A DNA stretch of 64,000 nucleotides, taken from contig CAWGAA010000001.1 of NCBI GenBank assembly GCA_963820525.1, positions 2,208,001 to 2,272,000 of the forward strand. The letters are read 5' to 3'. The position numbers and the translations under genes are program-made. Origin of the DNA: an uncultured Spirochaetota bacterium. Lineage in GTDB: Bacteria > Spirochaetota > Spirochaetia > SZUA-6 > Fen-1364. The notes under the pieces were generated by a model that was given only the letters and a program-made list of their open reading frames with translations, was not told where the DNA came from and searched no databases. This document shows positions 37,800 to 47,152 of this stretch, piece after piece; position 1 is the stretch's first letter; every line of letters begins with the position of its first letter.

Positions 37800-39125
37800 A
37801 TGAAGAAGATGGCATTCATCGGCGCGGGGAGCTTCGAGTTCACACGAAGGCTGGTCCGCGACATCCTGGCGTTTCCCGCCTTCAGGGACTGCCACATCGC
37901 CCTCATGGACATTGATGCCGAGCGGCTCGACGCCTCGCGAAGGGGAGTGCTGAAGATTCTCGAGGCCGGGCGCTATCCGGCGAAAGTCACGGCGACCCTG
38001 GACCGCGTGGAAGCGCTTAAAGGCGCCGACGGCGTCCTCATCACCATACTCGCGGGCGGCGTCAGCGTTTGGCGCTTCGACGTTGAAATTCCAAAAAAAT
38101 ACGGGGTCGACATCAACGTCGGCGACACCCGTGGGCCCTCGGGAATCTTCCGGGCCCTTCGCACGATACCGGTCATGCTCGATATACTGGCCGATATCGA
38201 GCGGGTCTGCCCCCGGGCCGTCGTCCTCAACTACACCAATCCCATGGCCATGCTCTGCCGGGCCATGCAGCAGAAAACGAAAACGAGCGTCACGGGCCTC
38301 TGCCACAGCGTGCAGGGGACCGCTGAAATGCTGGCCCGCTGGATCGGGGCGCCGATGGAGGAGGTGAGCTACAGGTGCGCCGGCATCAATCATCAGGCCT
38401 GGTATCTCGAATACCTCTGGAAGGGAAAGGATGCATACCCCCTCATCAGGGAAGCGATCCTCCGGCGGCCTGAAATTTATGATGAAGAACAGGTGCGCAA
38501 TGAAATGTTCCTGCACCTCGATTACTACGTCACCGAGTCTTCGGGACACGCTTCCGAATACGTTGCCTGGTTTCGAAAACGCCCGGAGCTGATCGAGAAG
38601 TACTGCACCCATGGAGCCGGTTGGAACCCCGGCGCTTACGCCTACATCCTGGACCAGTATTCCAGGCGCGAAGGGACATGGAAGCGTGAAATCGAAGAAT
38701 GGCTCTCGGAGCCGACGGTGGACCTGAAGGCAGGCGGCGAATACGCGGCGTCGATTTTCAACGCGGTCTTCGGCGATCATGCGATGTTCGAGTTCAATGG
38801 GAACGTCAGGAACTCAGGCCTCGTCGACAACCTGCCCGGGGGTTGCTGCGTCGAAGTTCCCGTCCTTGCCTCCAAACGCGGCCTCGATCCCATGCACGTG
38901 GGGTCTCTCCCGGACCACCTCGCGATCATCAACAACGTCAACGCCCGCATCGAGGAGCTCGCCGTCACAGCCTCCCTCGAGGGGGATCCGCGGAAAGTGT
39001 TTCACGCCATCTGCATGGATCCGCTTACCTCGGCCGTCTTGAGCCTGCAGGAGATTCGTGACATGACGGACGAGCTTTTCGCGCGCAATCGCGAGTGGCT
39101 CCCGCAGTTCAAACACCGATTATAA
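37800..39125 (+). CDS. melA: GH4 NAD+-dependent alpha-galactosidase (MelA-like)
   Basis: [50 protein letters not shown]. Confidence 0.85.
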   Translation: MKKMAFIGAGSFEFTRRLVRDILAFPAFRDCHIALMDIDAERLDASRRGVLKILEAGRYPAKVTATLDRVEALKGADGVLITILAGGVSVWRFDVEIPKKYGVDINVGDTRGPSGIFRALRTIPVMLDILADIERVCPRAVVLNYTNPMAMLCRAMQQKTKTSVTGLCHSVQGTAEMLARWIGAPMEEVSYRCAGINHQAWYLEYLWKGKDAYPLIREAILRRPEIYDEEQVRNEMFLHLDYYVTESSGHASEYVAWFRKRPELIEKYCTHGAGWNPGAYAYILDQYSRREGTWKREIEEWLSEPTVDLKAGGEYAASIFNAVFGDHAMFEFNGNVRNSGLVDNLPGGCCVEVPVLASKRGLDPMHVGSLPDHLAIINNVNARIEELAVTASLEGDPRKVFHAICMDPLTSAVLSLQEIRDMTDELFARNREWLPQFKHRL

Positions 39126-39163
39126 GGCGCACCGACCGCAGGGGACCGGCCGCGGCGCCCGGC

Positions 39164-40372
39164 TCACGCCACCCCGTGCTCTTTTTCCAGCTTCTCGTAG
39201 TAGTCGATGACCTTTCGAACGTATTTTCTCTTTTCGGGATACGGCTGGTAGTAGAATGAGCGCTTGAAGCCGTAGATGATGATGTCCTTGAGCTGATCCG
39301 GCGGGATGTCGAAGTTGCTCAGGGCGAGCTCGAGCTCCCGCGTGACGGTGGTGTGGGAGACGAGGCGATTGTCGGTGCAGATCGTAAGGGAAAGCTTGTG
39401 GGCAAGCATCTTGGCGAGCGAATGCTCGCGGATATCCTTCAGCTCGGGGACAGTCTGCATGTTGCTGGTCAGGCAGACCTCGATTGTGGTCCGGTTTTCC
39501 GCGATGTAGTTGACCAGGTTCTGGACGTACGCATGCTTGTCCCGGATGTTGGGAGAGTAGATCATCCCCTCATCGAAGAGGTGAAGGCCGTGTCCGATCC
39601 TGTCCGCGTGGAGCTTCGCGATAGCCTGGAAGATCGATTCGGGGCCGTACGCCTCCCCCGCGTGCACAGTTTTCTTGAGGAAGTTCCTGTGAACGTAATC
39701 GTAGGAGTCCTCGTGCTCGCTGGCGGGGTAGCCGTATTCGGCTCCCGCCAGATCGAAGCCCACGATCTGCACATCTGACTCGTTCCTGAGCTTCACGGCT
39801 GCCCGCGCCACTTCAAGGCTGGCCGTCCGGATGACCTCCTGCCGGTCCGAGAATGAAAGGATGCGGCAGAGATCCGCGAAGTATGCGGAGAAGCCCTCCG
39901 TGAAGAAGCGCATGGCGCAGACGATGATGCCGTAATCGAAGGGGGGCTCGTTCGGCCGGATGGCGGCGTTGATCTCGTCTCGCGCGCGGCGAAGGCCCCT
40001 GTCCACGGAGCCCACGACGGCGTCGAAGCCGAATCCCGGAGACATGTGGAGCTGCGGCGCGAAGCGGACCTCGAGGTAGCGCACCCCTTCCGCGTGGTTG
40101 TCCATGGCAAGCTCGTAGGAGACGCGCTCCAGGCCTTCCAGGTCCTGCATCACCGCGAGCATCCAGGGGAACCCCATGAGGTACTCTTCCAGGTCCTTGT
40201 AGGATTCCTTGAAAACAAGCTCGTTGAGACCTTCCTCCGTGTAGGAGGGAAGCACTACGCGCTTCTCCTTGGCAAGCGAGATGAGCGTGGAAAGGCGCAG
40301 GGAGCCGTCGAGGTGGACGTGAAGGTCGGTCTTGGGAATGGCCCGAATGAACTCGTCGCTGTAGCGCTTCAT
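39164..40372 (-). CDS. add: Adenosine deaminase family protein
   Basis: PKTDLHVHLDGS, EVRFAP, GFDLAG.E, HAGE, RIGHG, CTDN. Confidence 0.85.
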   Translation of the reverse strand: MKRYSDEFIRAIPKTDLHVHLDGSLRLSTLISLAKEKRVVLPSYTEEGLNELVFKESYKDLEEYLMGFPWMLAVMQDLEGLERVSYELAMDNHAEGVRYLEVRFAPQLHMSPGFGFDAVVGSVDRGLRRARDEINAAIRPNEPPFDYGIIVCAMRFFTEGFSAYFADLCRILSFSDRQEVIRTASLEVARAAVKLRNESDVQIVGFDLAGAEYGYPASEHEDSYDYVHRNFLKKTVHAGEAYGPESIFQAIAKLHADRIGHGLHLFDEGMIYSPNIRDKHAYVQNLVNYIAENRTTIEVCLTSNMQTVPELKDIREHSLAKMLAHKLSLTICTDNRLVSHTTVTRELELALSNFDIPPDQLKDIIIYGFKRSFYYQPYPEKRKYVRKVIDYYEKLEKEHGVA

Positions 40373-40526
40373 TTTCCTTACACCGACGATACTGGAGCAA
40401 TGGGCAGCGGTCAAGCGAATTCAGCAGGCCGCCAAAGCAGGGTTCTGCGCCTCGGGCTGACACTCGAACACCTGCGGCCGCCGCTCTAGCGCTTGAATGC
40501 CGGCGTGGCCGAGGGTAGCATGAGAC

Positions 40527-41087
40527 GTGCTTCCGCCAGACTGCCTCATTCCCGCCGCGGGGCTTTCCAGCCGAATGGGCGGCTACAAACTTACTTTGCC
40601 CTTTCGCGGGAAAACCATCGTCGAGACAGTGGTCGAAACGGCGCTTTCCGTCTGCTCCCGCATCATCCTTGTTGTCGGCTACAGGGCTTCGGATCTCCTT
40701 GCCCTCTTCGAGGGCGTGAAGCGCGTCATCCCGGTGGAGAATCCGTCTTGGGAGCTGGGAATGTTCTCCTCGATCCAGCGGGGAATCCAGGCTGTCGAAA
40801 CGGAGCGCTTTTTCATCTCCCTCGCCGACATGCCCTTCGTGGACGGCGAGGTATACCGCGCGCTTCTGGAATCCCCGCCCGCCGACGCGGTCATCCCCAT
40901 GTTCTCGGGCCAACGGGGACATCCCGTTCTCCTCCACAGTCGTGTACGAGAGGCCGTGATGGCCGAAAATCCGGAGACGGGCAGGATGAGGGACGTCATT
41001 TCCCGATTCTCCGTGGGGGAGATCCCGTGGAAAGACGACTCTATCCTCCGCGACGTGGACACCCCGCGGGATTTCAGCCGGCTTTGA
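40527..41087 (+). CDS. Molybdenum cofactor cytidylyltransferase-like nucleotidyltransferase (MocA/YgfJ)
   Basis: AAGLSSRMG..KL, GMFSSIQ.G, DMP, GHPVL, DVDTP. Confidence 0.85.
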   Translation: MLPPDCLIPAAGLSSRMGGYKLTLPFRGKTIVETVVETALSVCSRIILVVGYRASDLLALFEGVKRVIPVENPSWELGMFSSIQRGIQAVETERFFISLADMPFVDGEVYRALLESPPADAVIPMFSGQRGHPVLLHSRVREAVMAENPETGRMRDVISRFSVGEIPWKDDSILRDVDTPRDFSRL

Positions 41088-41113
41088 CAACCCCTCGGTT
41101 GCGGCTGTAGAGT
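41084..41113 (+). promoter_or_regulatory. Putative promoter of the ABC importer
   Basis: TTGACA-N18-TAGAGT. Confidence 0.5.
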
Positions 41114-41140
41114 GCCTGATACAGGCGGGAGTAACACGGC

Positions 41141-42256
41141 GTGAAAAATGCGGCCCTTCAAGCTCTCCTTCTCGCGTGTCTCGTTTTGGGCGCATCCGGT
41201 TGGGGAAGGATGGAGAAGCCGGAAACGAGCCCTCTGCAAGACCCGGCAGGCTCCGGATCATATGCGGTCACGGACACCCTCGGCAGGTCTCTCTCGTTTG
41301 CCTCCATCCCCCGGAGAATCGTGATCGCGGGAAGGGCGGACGTTTTCCTCGTCGACGCGGCATACCTCTTCCCCGGGGTGGACGATCTAATCGTGGGGGT
41401 GGGCGCCACGGATCAGGGCCTGGGAGACTTCTTCTCCGTGCTCAGCCCTTCCTCCGGCCGGAAGGCGCGCTTCGCCAACGAGTCAGGGCCGGAGCAGATC
41501 GCCGCGGCGCACCCCGATCTTGTCATCCTCAAGTCTTACTTGAAAGAGAGGCTGGGAGAAGCTCTTTCGCGCATCGGCATCCCCGTATTCTACGTGGACT
41601 TCGAGTCTCCCGACAGCTTCGAATCCGACCTCCAGGCTCTCGGGGGGGTATTGCGGCAGCCCCAGAGGGCGGCGTCGATCTTCCAATATTACGATTCGAG
41701 GGTTCAGGAGGTGGAACGGATCGTGGCGGGCGCGCCAAGGCCGACGGCGCTCGTCGTACAGTACAGCGAAAGCGGCGGGACCCGGGCGCTCAATGTGCCT
41801 CCGGCGGGATGGATCCAGACCCGGCTGGTGGAAACGGCGGGCGGCAACCCCGTATGGAAGACCGCAAATCCGGGAAGCGGCTGGGGCAAGACGAGCTTCG
41901 AACAGATCGCGGCATGGAACCCCGATTACATCTTCGTCGTTTCCTACAGGACCCCGGCGGCCCGCGCCGTGGAGGCCCTTCTCTCCTCCGCCGATTGGCG
42001 GCAGCTCAAGGCCGCTCGGGAGGGAAAGATCCTCCCCTTTCCCGCGGATTTCCTTTCCTGGGATCAACCGGACCCGCGCTGGATACTCGGGCTCCAATGG
42101 CTTGCCTCCGCCATCCACCCCGAGCTTTCCGCGGATTTCGACCTGGAACGGGAAGTGGCGTCCTTCTTCTCCGAGCTTTACAACATCCCCCGGCCGGCGG
42201 TGGAGGCCCAGATCATGAGCCGCCTGAAAGCCTCGCTGGGACGCGCCTTTCGATGA
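41141..42256 (+). CDS. Type II (BtuF/FecB-class) ABC substrate-binding protein
   Basis: VTDTLGR, PRRIV, EQIAAAHPDLVI, EQIAAWNPD, WDQP. Confidence 0.88.
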   Translation: MKNAALQALLLACLVLGASGWGRMEKPETSPLQDPAGSGSYAVTDTLGRSLSFASIPRRIVIAGRADVFLVDAAYLFPGVDDLIVGVGATDQGLGDFFSVLSPSSGRKARFANESGPEQIAAAHPDLVILKSYLKERLGEALSRIGIPVFYVDFESPDSFESDLQALGGVLRQPQRAASIFQYYDSRVQEVERIVAGAPRPTALVVQYSESGGTRALNVPPAGWIQTRLVETAGGNPVWKTANPGSGWGKTSFEQIAAWNPDYIFVVSYRTPAARAVEALLSSADWRQLKAAREGKILPFPADFLSWDQPDPRWILGLQWLASAIHPELSADFDLEREVASFFSELYNIPRPAVEAQIMSRLKASLGRAFR

Positions 42257-43227
42257 AGATTCCCCTTCTCCTCATCATGCTCATCCTGGTGGCATGCGGA
42301 TCGCTCTTTATCGGAAGATATCCGGTGCCGGGACTGATCGGCGTGCGCGAGCTTGCCAGCGACCCGATGGCCCAGCGGCTTGTGCTCGGCATCCGGCTTC
42401 CGAGGGTGACGGCCGGAATCCTCCTGGGGCTCTCCCTGGCAGCGGCGGGCTTCGTCTTTCAGATGATCTTCTCCAATCCGCTCGTGGAGCCCGGTTTCCT
42501 CGGGGTCTCTCAGGGCGCGGGGTTCGGCGCCGCCCTGGCCATCGTGGCGATATCGGCGCATCCCGCCGTGGTGCAGGCCGGGGCGCTTCTCTTCGCGCTC
42601 TCCGGCCTCGCCCTTTCTTACCTCATGGCGCGGGTTTTCCGCTACGGAGGATGGATCCTGCGGCTCATCCTGGCGGGAATCGCGGTCTCTGCCCTTTTCT
42701 CCGCAGGGCTGGGGCTCCTCAAGCTGGCAGCGGATCCCCTGGGCCAGCTTCCCGAGATCACCTTCTGGCTCCTGGGCGGCTTATGGAGCGTTTCCTGGAG
42801 TCAGGTCACTTTCATTCTCCCCGCGGTCGCCTCCGGGCTGGCGGTGGTTCTTCTGCTCCGCTTCAGGCTCAATGTTCTCTCCCTCGACGACCGGGTGGCG
42901 CACTCACTCGGCGCCGCGCCGCGGGGGGAAAGGCTCATCCTCCTGGCGGCCGCGACCCTGGCCGCGGCGGCAGCCGTGTCGGTGAGCGGGCTGGTGGGCT
43001 GGGTCGGGCTCATGGTCCCCCACGCGGCGCGGCGCCTCATGGGAAGCGAGGCCTCCCGCGCCCTTCCCGCCTCGATGCTCCTCGGGGCCGTTTCGGTCCT
43101 GCTCTGCGACGATCTTGCCCGCACGGTCTTGCCCACTGAAATCCCCCTGGGCATCCTCACCTCCATCCTCGGAGTCTTGCTCTTTCTCGCGTTCATGAGC
43201 ACCCGCAGGCGGGAGAGGGGCGGATGA
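42253..43227 (+). CDS. FecCD/BtuC-family permease
   Basis: IRLPRV, NPLVEPGFLGVSQGA, GWVGLMVPH, EIPLGILT. Confidence 0.92.
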   Translation: MKIPLLLIMLILVACGSLFIGRYPVPGLIGVRELASDPMAQRLVLGIRLPRVTAGILLGLSLAAAGFVFQMIFSNPLVEPGFLGVSQGAGFGAALAIVAISAHPAVVQAGALLFALSGLALSYLMARVFRYGGWILRLILAGIAVSALFSAGLGLLKLAADPLGQLPEITFWLLGGLWSVSWSQVTFILPAVASGLAVVLLLRFRLNVLSLDDRVAHSLGAAPRGERLILLAAATLAAAAAVSVSGLVGWVGLMVPHAARRLMGSEASRALPASMLLGAVSVLLCDDLARTVLPTEIPLGILTSILGVLLFLAFMSTRRRERGG

Positions 43228-44012
43228 GCCTCCTCTCGCTCCGCAATGTCTCCTTTTCCTATCCCGCCAGACGGAAGGTTCTCGAGGACATCTCGCTGGA
43301 TCTCGAGCGCGGCTCGATAACGGCCATCCTCGGCCCCAACGGGGCGGGAAAGACTACCCTGTTGGACATCTGCCTCGGCTGGAAGAAACCGCACGCAGGG
43401 CAGGTCCTTCTGCAAGGCACGGAGCTCGGGGATCTCAGCCGAAGGGAACGCGGCAAGCTCTTGAGCCTCGTTCCCCAGAGGGAGAACGTGCGATTCGACT
43501 TCACGGCGCTGGATTACGTGCTCCTCGGCCGGACGCCTCACCTCGGACCTCTTGAATCCCCGGGCCGCGAGGACGTGAGGATTGTCGGAGAAGCGCTTGA
43601 GGAAACGGGGATCTCGGACTTGAGCGGCCGCTCGATCGCCACATTGAGCGGTGGAGAGTACCAGCTCATGCTCATCGCCAGGAGCCTGGCGCAGAGGCCT
43701 TCGCTCCTTCTGCTGGACGAGCCGGCGAGCCAGCTCGATCCGGCGCGGCGGATCCTGATCATCAGGATGCTGAAGAGGCTTTCGGCAAAAGGCATGGCCG
43801 TTCTCTACACCAGCCACGATCCTCAGGCCGCCGCCGTTGCCGCCGACACGATCCACCTGCTGGCCGACGGCCGCTTCCTCGTCTCCGGCCCACCCCGGGA
43901 GGCTCTCACGGAGGAATCGCTTCGTCTGGTATACGGGGTGGCCTTCAGTGTCTCATGGGCCGGCAGGAGCCTCCATCTGGACTGGGACTCGGAGGACGGG
44001 CCGATCCCTTAG
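43224..44012 (+). CDS. ABC transporter ATP-binding protein
   Basis: GPNGAGKT, LSGGE, LLLDEP. Confidence 0.93.
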   Translation: MSLLSLRNVSFSYPARRKVLEDISLDLERGSITAILGPNGAGKTTLLDICLGWKKPHAGQVLLQGTELGDLSRRERGKLLSLVPQRENVRFDFTALDYVLLGRTPHLGPLESPGREDVRIVGEALEETGISDLSGRSIATLSGGEYQLMLIARSLAQRPSLLLLDEPASQLDPARRILIIRMLKRLSAKGMAVLYTSHDPQAAAVAADTIHLLADGRFLVSGPPREALTEESLRLVYGVAFSVSWAGRSLHLDWDSEDGPIP

Positions 44013-44569
44013 GAGCCGGAGGCGCCTCGAGGCTTCTGGAGGAACTCCAAGATGCTCTGGAGAAGCTCATCCCGGCTTTCCTCGGTGAGCGTTAAAACCT
44101 TCCGCTCATGCCTTGGAATGAGGGCGGAAACCTCATGTAGAAGCTCTCGCCGAACAACGACGAGAAGGTTCCCCGCCGATGCCAGCAGGGGCAGCACGGG
44201 GGCAAGCCCCATGCCTTTCACCAGCTCCAGGGGGCCGATCTCGTCAATGATCAGTGTTTTTCCGGCGCGGCTGAGGCCTTCTCGAAGAGAACCGATGCTT
44301 CTTTCGATCCCGGCTCGAGAGAACGAAAAACGGCCGAAGCGGGGCCCGTCGAGCTCACGGTCCGAGCGGGCGAGCTCCCATGATTCCCCGCTTTCAAGAG
44401 AGAGTGCCTGAAAACCGATCCGCCGGCCTTCCGGATCGAGAACGGCGGGGCTGACGATTCCGCTGAAAGAGGCCGATGTCCGCGCGAGCTTCAGGCAGAA
44501 GGTTGTCTTGCCGATGCCCCGTTCTCCCGTGAGGAGCGCGGCGTGGGGTGAGCCTTCCGGGGCATTCAT
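44009..44569 (-). CDS. P-loop NTPase (NTPase_1/DUF2478-like)
   Basis: TGERGIGKTT, IIDEIGPLE. Confidence 0.8.
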   Translation of the reverse strand: MNAPEGSPHAALLTGERGIGKTTFCLKLARTSASFSGIVSPAVLDPEGRRIGFQALSLESGESWELARSDRELDGPRFGRFSFSRAGIERSIGSLREGLSRAGKTLIIDEIGPLELVKGMGLAPVLPLLASAGNLLVVVRRELLHEVSALIPRHERKVLTLTEESRDELLQSILEFLQKPRGASGS

Positions 44570-45954
44570 GGCGCGGCGAGATCGGGAAGCCCGCGGGGAA
44601 GAAAAAGCCCTTCTCCCCGCGCTCCCATGAACCTGCCGTCCTGGAAGATGACCTTCCCGCGCAGCATGGTGAGCACGGGATAGCCGCGAAGCTCGAAGCC
44701 CTCGAACGGCGTGTAGTCGACCCGTTGATGAAGGGCCGAGCTTGCCAGCCGCACGCGCTTTTTCGGGTCAACCAGGACGATGTCGGCGTCGCTTCCCGCC
44801 GCGATGGCCCCCTTCCGCGGATGCAGCCCCATGATCCGCGCCGGAGCGGTGGAGGTGAGCTCCACGAATCGCTCGATTCCGATCCGTCCCGCCGCCACCC
44901 CTTCCGAATAGAGAAGGGCCATGCGCGTCTCTATTCCGGGAGCGCCGTTGGGGCAGGAAAGGAAGCTCCCGCCGGAGACCTCCTTCTTGCGCTCCAGGAA
45001 AAAGGGGCAGTGGTCCGTGGCAACGGTCTGGATCGAGCCGTCTCCAAGTCCTTCCCAGAGCGCTTTCCTGTCAGACTCCTTTCGAAGGGGAGGGCTCATC
45101 ACGTATTTCAGCCCGCCGAGGTCGGGCTCGCCGTATCTCTCGTCACCGAGGAGCAGGTATTGGGGACAGGTCTCGGCGAACACGGGGAGGCCCCGCGCCC
45201 TTCCCCTCCGCACTTCCTCCAGGCCCGCCCGGCTGGAGAGGTGAACGACGTACAGCGGCGCTCCGCCCACCGCTTCCGACAGGCGGATCATCCGCGAGAC
45301 CGCTTCGGCCTCGGCTTCGGCGGGCCGGGAAAGGGCGTGATATTGGGGCGCGGTCTTTCCCTCCCGGGCAAATCGAGCGCGCAGGCTTGAAACGATGCCG
45401 TGGTTCTCGCAGTGGACCGCCGTGAGCCCGCCCAGCTCGCGCATGCGCTGGAGCAGCGCAATGAGCTCCTCGTCGCTCAGGCGAAAATCGTAGGTCAGGT
45501 ATGCCTTCACGGATGAGATGCCCATCCCGACGAGCGCTTCCAGGTCTGCCAGGACGGGGTCGTCCACGTGTTGGACGACCCCGTGAAAAGAATAGTCGAT
45601 CACGGCAGTTCCGCCGGCGAGCCCCCTGTACTTTTCGATCTGATGAAAGAGAGAGCACCCGCGCGGGCCGAAGCCGGGGTGGTCCACGACGGCCGTTGTT
45701 CCTCCGCACGCGGCGGCCAGCGTTCCCGTATACCAGTCGTCACTGGCTTTCTCTCCCCCCACATCGATGTCGAGATGGGTGTGGACATCCACGCCTCCCG
45801 GCACGACGTGCATTCCCGAGGCATCGATGACCTCTGCCCCGCTCGGGGAAAGACGCGGGCCGACTGCAGAAATGATCTGTCCGCTGACCAGCACGTCGCT
45901 GAGGCGCGCACCGTCCGCGTTCACCACGGTGCCGCCGCGAATGAGGGTATCCAT
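44566..45954 (-). CDS. hydA: Dihydropyrimidinase / hydantoinase
   Basis: PGGVDVHTH, KAYLTY, VHCEN, SRP..AE, ETCPQYL, SPPLR, ATDHCPF. Confidence 0.9.
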   Translation of the reverse strand: MDTLIRGGTVVNADGARLSDVLVSGQIISAVGPRLSPSGAEVIDASGMHVVPGGVDVHTHLDIDVGGEKASDDWYTGTLAAACGGTTAVVDHPGFGPRGCSLFHQIEKYRGLAGGTAVIDYSFHGVVQHVDDPVLADLEALVGMGISSVKAYLTYDFRLSDEELIALLQRMRELGGLTAVHCENHGIVSSLRARFAREGKTAPQYHALSRPAEAEAEAVSRMIRLSEAVGGAPLYVVHLSSRAGLEEVRRGRARGLPVFAETCPQYLLLGDERYGEPDLGGLKYVMSPPLRKESDRKALWEGLGDGSIQTVATDHCPFFLERKKEVSGGSFLSCPNGAPGIETRMALLYSEGVAAGRIGIERFVELTSTAPARIMGLHPRKGAIAAGSDADIVLVDPKKRVRLASSALHQRVDYTPFEGFELRGYPVLTMLRGKVIFQDGRFMGARGEGLFLPRGLPDLAAP

Positions 45955-45956
45955 CC

Positions 45957-47147
45957 CTACCGCACCCGGATGGCGGGCTCCTCGATCATGCGCGACAGGC
46001 AGACGGCGGGCTCCGAGACGCGGGAGGTGAGGATCATGGCCGCGATAACGTAGGGCTTGTAGCTGGCCTGGATGTAGAGGGGCGTCCTGAAGCGCTCGAA
46101 GACGCCGGGTGAAACCTCCCCGTCGGCGCAGTTGACTCCGCTGATATCCGCGGGCAGACAGTGGAGATACATCGCGTCGTCCGTGCGGCTCATCATGGCC
46201 TGAGTGCACGTCCAGCCCTTGAATCGCGCATTCTCGGCAAGACAGCGCTTTTCCAGGTCAGTGAGGGCCCCCTCGTCACGAGACTCCGCGAGGCGAGTGC
46301 GCTCTTCCATTACCGAGAAGGGGGCCCAGCTCTTGGGGTATACCACGTGTGCGCCCTCGAAGGCCTCCTCCATGGAAGGCGAGACCGTGAAGCTCCCTCC
46401 CGACTCGGCCGCCTGGGTCCTGGCCCTTTCCACGACCTCGGGCATCAGGTGATACCCCTCGGGGTGCGCCAGAGAAACCTCCATTCCGAATCGGGTGAAC
46501 AGGCCGATCACCCCCTGCGGCACCGAAAGGGGCTTGCCGTAGGAGGGGGAGTACGCCCAGCTCATGGCGAGCTTCCTCCCCTTCAGGTTGGCAAACCCTC
46601 CGAAATGCACAGCCAGGTGCATCAGGTCCGCCATCGTCTGCGTTGGGTGGTCGATATCGGACTGCAGGTTTATCACGGGAGGCCGCTGGGCCAGCACGCC
46701 GTCGTGGAACGCGCTTTCCACCGCTCGAGAAACCTCGCTCATGTACGCATGACCTTTGCCGATGTACAGGTCGTCCCGGATTCCGATGGTCTCGGCCATG
46801 AAGGACATCATCGTGGCGGTCTCTCTCACCGTCTCCCCATGGGAGGCCTGGGACTTGCCCTCATCCAGCTCCACCACGGAGAGCCCCAAAAGGTCGGCAG
46901 CGGAGGCGAAGCTGAAACGCGTTCGGGTGGACTTGTCCCGGAACTGCGACACGGCGAGCCCGGAATCGAAGATGCGGGTGGAGAGGTTGTGCTCGCGAAG
47001 CGCCTTGAGAAGGGAGGCGATCCTGATCACGGTCTCCAGGCTTTCCCTCTCCTTGTCCCACGTGAGGAGAAAGTCCTTGAGGGAGAGGTCTTTCAGATGC
47101 CCTGCCCGAAGACCCTTGAGCTGCTCCCGAATGTCTCGCGCTTCCAT
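45957..47147 (-). CDS. ygeW: Knotted carbamoyltransferase YgeW
   Basis: DFLLTW, FRDKSTRTRFSF, HGETVRETA, DHPTQ, WAYSPSYGKPLSVPQG, YPKSWAP, HCLPADI. Confidence 0.93.
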   Translation of the reverse strand: MEARDIREQLKGLRAGHLKDLSLKDFLLTWDKERESLETVIRIASLLKALREHNLSTRIFDSGLAVSQFRDKSTRTRFSFASAADLLGLSVVELDEGKSQASHGETVRETATMMSFMAETIGIRDDLYIGKGHAYMSEVSRAVESAFHDGVLAQRPPVINLQSDIDHPTQTMADLMHLAVHFGGFANLKGRKLAMSWAYSPSYGKPLSVPQGVIGLFTRFGMEVSLAHPEGYHLMPEVVERARTQAAESGGSFTVSPSMEEAFEGAHVVYPKSWAPFSVMEERTRLAESRDEGALTDLEKRCLAENARFKGWTCTQAMMSRTDDAMYLHCLPADISGVNCADGEVSPGVFERFRTPLYIQASYKPYVIAAMILTSRVSEPAVCLSRMIEEPAIRVR

Positions 47148-47152
47148 GGCGG

